From positions 1,120,001 through 1,184,000 of the forward strand of contig JBKBWQ010000001.1 of assembly GCA_046314355.1 (NCBI GenBank): 64,000 nucleotides of DNA, written 5' to 3'. This document shows positions 57,253 through 64,000 of this stretch, one piece after another. Both the position numbers and the translations under genes were made by a program. Position 1 is the first letter of the stretch. The number at the start of each line of letters is the position of its first letter. This DNA is from Candidatus Altimarinota bacterium (GTDB taxonomy: Bacteria; Patescibacteriota; Gracilibacteria; 1-14-2-50-48-13). The notes beneath the pieces are model-generated. The model made no database searches, was not told the DNA's origin, and saw only the letters and a program-made list of their open reading frames with translations.

Positions 57253-60200
57253 TTATCTCTCAGTGCGCAATGCGGTTGCTCCGGATTTTGCATAAACTGC
57301 TGGATTGTACATCTCGAAGGCATGTACTGCCGGATAGGAGAAAGTACCTTCTGATATGACTTGAGCATCATATGAAAACTGTGTCTCCCTTGCATCCTGC
57401 ATATACAGCATCACAAGCTGATCTTTCATCTCTATATGATCTGCCCAGCCGATACTAAAGGATGCATCTGTTTTTCCTGAAGTTGTAATACCAGGATTTA
57501 GTGCCTCTAGACCTGCGGGAAGATGGTCTTCTATCGCAATTCTTTTGTTATTTCCGTTATCTTTGTATTTAGGAATGAATGAAATATTAATCCGTACCTT
57601 ATCCCCTCTATGTAGGGTGGTTGGAGAGGAGGTGAGGGATCCATTTGTTTTGTAATATTCAAGTGTACGTTTGATAATAAAATTTTCATTCTCCACATAC
57701 TGTTCTTTAGGGCTCTTCTGGTAATTTACAAAAGCTTGATAGTATACTGTTCTTCCTTGGGGAGTCTGGATCGAGATAGTGAGTGGGGATGTTAGATTCT
57801 TTAGAGGGAGATGCACTACTGTAGCGTCAGAGTTACCTCCCTGAGCGAAATCAGCAGTCGCAACATTAGTGCCGTTTACAAGAATCTCTGCTTTGAAAGG
57901 ATCGTTATTCTCTGCATGGGTCTGTAAATACTCGCTAATACCTCGAAGTGTTGCAGAAGTCTCATGTGTAGTTGCCCAACGGTCATCCTTACTTTGAGAT
58001 ACGAGATATGAAATCATATTTGGAAGAACTGTATTGTTGGAATCTACATATGCAAGTGAGCGGAGTAAGGTAGCATTCATAGCAACATTACCGTACATGA
58101 ATCCAAAGTAATCTGTCTTGGGATCTACTTTTATATATGCTTTTCCTGCTTCTTTTGCCATCTTACTTAGAAGTCCATCTTTAAGAGCAGTTGTCCGGGA
58201 AGTATATACAGACTTTTCTTGAGCGTTAGTAGTCTCTCGAGCAAGGTCAAAGTAGATACTCATCAGATAACTCTGACTTTCAATAGACAAATTATCTTTA
58301 TTCTTATAGAGCACATCTGCGTAAGATGAGATGCCCTTTACTCCCAGATTCTTTAGTACCGAAAGCGCAAAAGCACGTTCATTAAGATTTGCCATCTTTC
58401 CGCTAGAGAGTTGGTTTAAGAGATAATCTCTACCTTTTTTAACAACATTTACATCTACACTAAATCCATTCTGTTCTGCATAGGAAAGACCTGAGAGGAC
58501 ATAGGCTGTAAGGTAGTTCTCTACATATTCTTCATCTCCCCAGAGGCTCCATCCTCCATTGTCAGATTGATAATTATATAGTTTCTGGAATGCCATAGAG
58601 ACATTCTTTTCAATGTCTTCTGAACTAATGCCTTCTAATTCAAGATTTGATTTCTCAAGGTACTCTTTGAGAATAACGTTTGAGAAAAGCACACTTGTTG
58701 TTTGCTCACTGCATCCATATGGATACATAAGTAGGTACTGAAGCTGCTTCTTTAGATTGGCTGTGAGACCTCCGCTTGCGTAGATCGTAAGATCTCCAGT
58801 GGCGAGTGCTTCTGCTGAGAGCTTTCCTGAAGTGAGTGTAGTACTGAAATTTCCTGTTCCTTGTCCACTTTGTCCAAAGGTGTCTACTACTTGCGCAGGG
58901 TAGACATTCAATCTATCTGTCACATGGTCTCCAACTCCAGTTGTACTTATTGCCTTCATATCTAAACTAATGTTTTTTGCATTAAGAGGAGCAGTGATTG
59001 CCCATGATACAGGGCTAGATCCCTGAGCTTTTACAAGTATTGACTTTGACTTATCTTTTATGTCTATACCAGGGATGTCTAGAGTTGCTGATACGGTTTG
59101 ATCCTGATTAGTAAGATTAAATAGGCTGTAGCTAAATACTGCTTGATCTCCTGACCGTACAAAACGGGGAAGTAATGCCTGTGCGACGAAATCAATTTTT
59201 GATTCTATAGAGACTGCCGCACTTCCTACTTTGGTATCGCTGGTAGTTCCAATGGAGAGAATCTCCCAATGTGTCAGGTTGTCAGGAAGTGTAAATGAAA
59301 CTTGTGCATTGCCTGCTGCATCTGTCTGGACAGTACCGCTCCAAAAAGCAGTATCTTTCATATTTCCACGCTTGATAGGGAGACCGGATGCTCCGCCTTT
59401 TCCACTTCCGCCTACTGTCTCAAGAGAGATCTTCTCTACGAGATGAGTAAGGGACTGCGCTGTAGAGACCACTATTCCTTTGAAATAATAAAAGGCATTC
59501 ATAATATCTCTGTCTACTCCTCCAGCAAGAGCTATCACTGCTTCATCAACTACCGCAAGAGATACTTCTGCAGGGATACTTTTTCCTGTTGAATCCTTTG
59601 TGGATACATTAACGGTAACTTTTTCCCGCGGCTGATATGTCTTCTTATCAGTAGACAGATTGATTGAGAGCTCTTTTACGGATGTGTCTACATATAGTTT
59701 TGTATATCCTTGTCTAAAGTCCGGAGTTCCAGTGGCAGATAGAAGTGTCACTGAGACAAATGCATTTGGAAGATAGCTGGATTTTATAGGAAAACTTACA
59801 GGTGTATTGTTGTTTGGAAGTTCCACAATCATACTCTCAAGTATCTTTTCTCTTTCTATGGTGATAAGCGCTGTGGACTTCTCAAAAGGAGACTGAATAA
59901 TGAGCTTTGCAGTATCTCCTACTTTATAAGTAGGCTTATCAAGTACGGTTTGTACTTTGAATATGTCTGTACTTGCCCAAGGAGTGTAGCTGTTATCAAG
60001 AGCATAGACGTAAATATAATCTCTTGAAGATCCGCGGTTGCCCTTTGAATCTGTATAGACTGTACGTGCGTAGTAGCTGCCAGCTTTGGTAGGTGTAAAG
60101 GTTACCTTAGCTTTACCTGATGCATCTGTGGTAACACTTGTTGAGCTGAGTTTACTGTTTATATTTTCACTATTTGTAACTGAGTCTCCAGAGACGTCAG

Positions 60201-62904
60201 TCTTCTGATATGAAGTCCAATCTTCATTATAGAATTCTACCTCGACCTTTTTGTTGCCTAGGGGTTTACCTTCAGTATCTATTGTGAGAATTTCAAATTC
60301 TGCATTTTTATTAGGCTCCACAAGATAACCTGTACTTCTGATACCTGCATAAGAGTCTGTTTTGTGTACTTTAAAGGTCTGAGTATTAGAAACTTCTCTA
60401 CCAGCTTTATCCTGAACTGTTACGATCATTGTATACAATCCGCTTGTCGTCTCACTATCGAGGTAGAGAGGCAGGATGAATGCTCCCTTTCCATTTGCAT
60501 CGAGCTGCACTTTTTGTTCCTCTATACCAATATTGCTGTCTTTACAGTAAAAGTAACATGCATATGTATCAAAGAAGTTGTACCACTCATCTGTATCTGC
60601 ATACATGTAAAGAGATTCCTTTGATATTTGTATTGTTGCTTCGCCGCCGCTGACATTTGTGCCAAAGTAATAGGATGCTTGTATCTCTGTACTGAGGATC
60701 TCTCCATTTGTGTAATTATCATTTACTGCATAGTCTACTTTAAATTCAGGCTTTCTATAGTCTTCTACCTGGAAGGTAGCTGTGGGATTTCCAAAGTACT
60801 CATCCTCAATAGGGGAAGAAGTTCTAGCTGTAATTGTATATCCTCCAAGAGAGGCATTCTTATCCAAGATAAGATTTGTGGTAAAACTTCCCTGAGCATT
60901 CAGTGCTACAGTTTTTGAAAAAATTTCATGATCCACAGCATCAGTGACTGTGACATTTACATTTGAAAGAGAAGGCAGTATATAGCCATTTGGAGTATTC
61001 TTTCGCACGATACCTTTTATCTCCACTGTATGCTCTGGACGGTATATCTTACGGTCGGTATGCATATAGATAGTATAATCGTTTCTTGGATCATGTTCCC
61101 AATAACCAGAGTAGGTATCAAGTCCATACTGGTATGGCTCGATTCCTTTATCCCAAAGAGAGCTCACAAGTCCAAAGTGATTCTCCGCATCTGCAACAAA
61201 GATATATTCGTTTGTTTCATATAAGCTAGGTTTGATCGTAAACTGAGCTTTACCATTTTTATCCGTGTTAGATTTCTGGATGAGCTTTCGGTCATTACCC
61301 TCTCTGTTAATCTCATAAAGACTTACTTGGAGATTTTCCTGAGGTTTCGCAGTTTTTAAATGAAATGCCCAAACACTTGCAAGACCTGTTGGGTCAGTTT
61401 TTAATGTGAGAGAAGTATCAGAGACATAGATAAATCTATGAGTTCTTAAGTTTCCTCTGTATTTTAATACTTCAGGAGCACTGAATGCTGCATAATAGAG
61501 ACCTGGCGTCATAGGCTGTCCATAGATAGCTTCTAGATCTATCTCTTTAGTACTTTCTCCTGCTGAGACAGGAAATGACTGGCTTTTAAAGTTACTGCAC
61601 TCTTTCTTTAGCTGAGGATTATTCGCTGGATCTTCATTTAAATACATGAACTCATGTGTGCCGCGGTTACTATTTGTATCTCCCTGAATAAAGCTGTTAA
61701 TAAAGTTTGAGGTGTTGAGTTTACATACGGTTCCTGTAAGTTTTGAAAGATTTGTCTGAGTGACAGTATTTGTAATCTTACTACCAGTCATAAAATAGCT
61801 CTGTCCTTCAATCTGAAGTCGAGATGCTTGGTTGGAGAAAGTAAAAGTATATGTCTTATCTGTCGTAAGGCTACTGCCATACGTGCTTTTCAATCCTTTT
61901 TTGAAAGTAATACTAACAGGTCCAGTTTCACTAAAGGTCTTACTGTCTATTCTTACTTCAAAGGTATTGTAAGGATATTCACCTATATTAATTCTGTCAT
62001 TTCCATAACTCCATCTTGTAGAATAAAGGTTATAGTCAGTGATTTTCTTTCCGTTTTGTGTAAGCTCAATAAATGATTTTGCATCTGAGAGCTGTACAGG
62101 TTTATCAAAATAGAAATAGAGGTCACTTTTATTGACTACATTACCTTCATAGCTTTCCCAGCTAGAAAGAATAGAGAGTGAACTATTAATACGATCTTTT
62201 GCTTTTATAGTGTTATAAAGCAGCATTGCGACCTGTTTGCGGGGCATAGCCGATCCGAAAACATCAGGAGCTTCAGGGTATTGATCTCTTACACTATAAA
62301 GATCTAATAAGTTGAAATGTTCAATGACTTGTATGTAAGGGCTATACCATTCATCTAATGGATACGGGAATCTTCCCGCGTCTGCTGATGCATATCCAAA
62401 GAACGGATAGGCGCTAGGATTATCTTGAGAAAGTACCTTTGGAAGTGAGACTTTGTAGAACTTCAAAAAAATCTTTGCAGCTTCTTCATATTTTACTGGC
62501 TGCCCAGCTTTAAAGGTGCCGTCAGGATATCCTTGCACAAACCCTTCTTTCTTTGCAGTAGAGACGTAAGGTGAAAACCAGTCCTCTGCTTTTAGATCAG
62601 AAAAAGAGTGAGCTGTATCATACTTGATCTCTCCGCCAAAGCCGCGGAATGCGAGCGTCATGGCTTCTGCGCGGTTGATGGAATCATCAGGTCTGAAGGA
62701 TCCATCGGGGTTACCTTTTATGAGTTGTTTTTCCTTGAGGTACTTTATTGCTGGATAGTTTACATCACCGGCATCACAGACATCTGTAAAAATACAGTCA
62801 TCCTGCGCATTGATAGTATTGATAAAATCCTGACCAAATGATGAAATGAGCAGGGTGAGTATTAATAGGAGAGAAGAGGTTTTTTTGAAAAGAGAGAGGT
62901 TCAT
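57253..62904 (-). CDS. Alpha-2-macroglobulin with N-terminal SLH domains
   Basis: Signal peptide, SLH repeats, TDRKIYRP, VEDYRKPEF, AVVDE, DTAFW, LPDNLT.W, LPRF.R.GD, thioester YPYGCSEQ, D.LPAGLE, EMYNP. Confidence 0.95.
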   Translation of the reverse strand: MNLSLFKKTSSLLLILTLLISSFGQDFINTINAQDDCIFTDVCDAGDVNYPAIKYLKEKQLIKGNPDGSFRPDDSINRAEAMTLAFRGFGGEIKYDTAHSFSDLKAEDWFSPYVSTAKKEGFVQGYPDGTFKAGQPVKYEEAAKIFLKFYKVSLPKVLSQDNPSAYPFFGYASADAGRFPYPLDEWYSPYIQVIEHFNLLDLYSVRDQYPEAPDVFGSAMPRKQVAMLLYNTIKAKDRINSSLSILSSWESYEGNVVNKSDLYFYFDKPVQLSDAKSFIELTQNGKKITDYNLYSTRWSYGNDRINIGEYPYNTFEVRIDSKTFSETGPVSITFKKGLKSTYGSSLTTDKTYTFTFSNQASRLQIEGQSYFMTGSKITNTVTQTNLSKLTGTVCKLNTSNFINSFIQGDTNSNRGTHEFMYLNEDPANNPQLKKECSNFKSQSFPVSAGESTKEIDLEAIYGQPMTPGLYYAAFSAPEVLKYRGNLRTHRFIYVSDTSLTLKTDPTGLASVWAFHLKTAKPQENLQVSLYEINREGNDRKLIQKSNTDKNGKAQFTIKPSLYETNEYIFVADAENHFGLVSSLWDKGIEPYQYGLDTYSGYWEHDPRNDYTIYMHTDRKIYRPEHTVEIKGIVRKNTPNGYILPSLSNVNVTVTDAVDHEIFSKTVALNAQGSFTTNLILDKNASLGGYTITARTSSPIEDEYFGNPTATFQVEDYRKPEFKVDYAVNDNYTNGEILSTEIQASYYFGTNVSGGEATIQISKESLYMYADTDEWYNFFDTYACYFYCKDSNIGIEEQKVQLDANGKGAFILPLYLDSETTSGLYTMIVTVQDKAGREVSNTQTFKVHKTDSYAGIRSTGYLVEPNKNAEFEILTIDTEGKPLGNKKVEVEFYNEDWTSYQKTDVSGDSVTNSENINSKLSSTSVTTDASGKAKVTFTPTKAGSYYARTVYTDSKGNRGSSRDYIYVYALDNSYTPWASTDIFKVQTVLDKPTYKVGDTAKLIIQSPFEKSTALITIEREKILESMIVELPNNNTPVSFPIKSSYLPNAFVSVTLLSATGTPDFRQGYTKLYVDTSVKELSINLSTDKKTYQPREKVTVNVSTKDSTGKSIPAEVSLAVVDEAVIALAGGVDRDIMNAFYYFKGIVVSTAQSLTHLVEKISLETVGGSGKGGASGLPIKRGNMKDTAFWSGTVQTDAAGNAQVSFTLPDNLTHWEILSIGTTSDTKVGSAAVSIESKIDFVAQALLPRFVRSGDQAVFSYSLFNLTNQDQTVSATLDIPGIDIKDKSKSILVKAQGSSPVSWAITAPLNAKNISLDMKAISTTGVGDHVTDRLNVYPAQVVDTFGQSGQGTGNFSTTLTSGKLSAEALATGDLTIYASGGLTANLKKQLQYLLMYPYGCSEQTTSVLFSNVILKEYLEKSNLELEGISSEDIEKNVSMAFQKLYNYQSDNGGWSLWGDEEYVENYLTAYVLSGLSYAEQNGFSVDVNVVKKGRDYLLNQLSSGKMANLNERAFALSVLKNLGVKGISSYADVLYKNKDNLSIESQSYLMSIYFDLARETTNAQEKSVYTSRTTALKDGLLSKMAKEAGKAYIKVDPKTDYFGFMYGNVAMNATLLRSLAYVDSNNTVLPNMISYLVSQSKDDRWATTHETSATLRGISEYLQTHAENNDPFKAEILVNGTNVATADFAQGGNSDATVVHLPLKNLTSPLTISIQTPQGRTVYYQAFVNYQKSPKEQYVENENFIIKRTLEYYKTNGSLTSSPTTLHRGDKVRINISFIPKYKDNGNNKRIAIEDHLPAGLEALNPGITTSGKTDASFSIGWADHIEMKDQLVMLYMQDARETQFSYDAQVISEGTFSYPAVHAFEMYNPAVYAKSGATALRTER

Positions 62905-62951
62905 AGGAGTATTAAATAATAGGAATGAAAGGTTGTGAGTACATGCGGATA

Positions 62952-63998
62952 CTATGGAGATGAGATCTGCAGACTAATGCTTCTCGCTGATTGTATGCCT
63001 GAAGTAAGCTCTGCAGCAATACTATATTGGTATGACGCGGCTGGATTAATTGTCTTGTCTATAAAGCTTGTTGCTTGAGTTCTTAGGATTATTTCATTTC
63101 CGGAAGAAAGATCTTTTCTATAAATAATATATCCTTTCATATCTGTTGCAGAAACAGCTTTCCATTGCAGGCTAATGGTATCATTTGCATAAGATCCTTC
63201 GAGATTTGAAGGAGCATTCGGTACAAATGGAAAAGTAGTCTGCACTTTTACGCTTTTTCCAATTTCTGTTCCATCTTCACCTATCACACGCACCTGGTAT
63301 TGATAGGATTTTCCTGATTTCACATCAGTATCCGTAAAACTTGTATTTCTTAATACTGAGACATTCCTTTTAATATTATCTCTATAGATATTGTATCCTC
63401 TCGTATTTGGAATAGTAGATGTTCTCCAAGTAAGCTTAAACTGATTTACAGCTTTCATTTCAGGGATTACCTTAAGCTGAAGATCAACGAGAGGCTGCGT
63501 CTCATCTGCAAAGTCATAGACTGGAGCAGGTACTGAGCTATTCTTGTTCGTGTTAAGAATAGGAACAACAGGTGGAGTTGTGGGTACTACTGGATTTACT
63601 GAAGGTGGTGCGACTGTATCTGATGTAGAAGCAGCTTGTGCAGGCCTTACAGCTGAAAGAACTTCTTTTGCCGCATTATCCTGCCAGTCTATAACCTTGA
63701 TCTGGTAATAGATTTTTTCAGTTCCAGAAATATTCTGATCGATAAATGTTGTTTCTGTTTGTTCCGCAATCTTTTGCCATGCAGAAGTAGTACCAATTGA
63801 GCGTTCGATAATATATTTTGATGGAAGCGCACCGCTTGGGAGACGCTGTTCTTGCCAAGAAAGTTTTACTGAACTGGAATTTAGAATAGCTAGTGAGACA
63901 GTAGTATTATTCTTATAAGATATTTCCTGTGTTGAGCTGCTAGGTATCTGCACTTTATCTTGAAGAGAAATGGGGAGTGCACGACCAATTTTTGAAGA
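62952..63998 (-). CDS. Fibronectin type III repeat protein (5' partial)
   Basis: Three FN3 modules (L.W ... GY.IYR ... F.D ... Y.Y.V); Pro/Thr linker; frame open to the window end. Confidence 0.85.
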   Translation of the reverse strand, partial: SSKIGRALPISLQDKVQIPSSSTQEISYKNNTTVSLAILNSSSVKLSWQEQRLPSGALPSKYIIERSIGTTSAWQKIAEQTETTFIDQNISGTEKIYYQIKVIDWQDNAAKEVLSAVRPAQAASTSDTVAPPSVNPVVPTTPPVVPILNTNKNSSVPAPVYDFADETQPLVDLQLKVIPEMKAVNQFKLTWRTSTIPNTRGYNIYRDNIKRNVSVLRNTSFTDTDVKSGKSYQYQVRVIGEDGTEIGKSVKVQTTFPFVPNAPSNLEGSYANDTISLQWKAVSATDMKGYIIYRKDLSSGNEIILRTQATSFIDKTINPAASYQYSIAAELTSGIQSARSISLQISSP

Positions 63999-64000
63999 AA

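Noticed and set aside
1-64000. Alternative genetic code 25 (TGA=Gly) as in Gracilibacteria/Absconditabacteria
   Set aside because: Conserved genes are full-length in code 11 and several end properly in TGA (e.g. 14769, 17551, 55876).
1-64000. CRISPR array, rRNA, intact integrase or transposase
   Set aside because: No regularly spaced direct repeats with spacers, no rRNA-like segment and no recombinase/transposase motifs seen in the ORFs.

Overview
AT-rich bacterial chromosomal segment read in genetic code 11 (several genes end in TGA and no conserved gene is interrupted by TGA). It is most consistent with a Patescibacteria/CPR genome of the Peregrinibacteria-like type. This placement is inferred from a giant Ig-like surface protein, four SLH-domain proteins, mostly Shine-Dalgarno-less starts and no central biosynthesis genes in the window. 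Housekeeping genes: lgt, dsbA-like, recQ, prfC, RNase II-family, OGG1-like, bcp, Fe/Mn SOD, DEAD-box helicase, uppP, lysS, era, rsmA, S41 protease, yraN, radC, alaX, VIT1, tRNA-Phe(GAA) and tRNA-Arg(CCT). Best leads: (1) a tightly coupled operon of a Pol-beta nucleotidyltransferase/APH-kinase fusion, a divergent Nudix, an NTP-transferase and recQ, with a leader that can fold two ways; (2) two signal-peptide-bearing, phage-tail-fibre-like paralogues flanking an SLH protein, a candidate host-attachment fibre locus; (3) a relic islet at tRNA-Phe carrying an orphan 4 x 60-aa repeat protein, plus a degenerate ~55-bp element that recurs near both tRNAs; (4) an SLH-anchored thioester alpha-2-macroglobulin; (5) an NTT/TLC-like transporter-HEAT fusion with a His-rich insert; (6) structured non-coding regions. 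No CRISPR array, rRNA, intact integrase or transposase was seen. All assignments come from motif recognition by eye; no searches were run.
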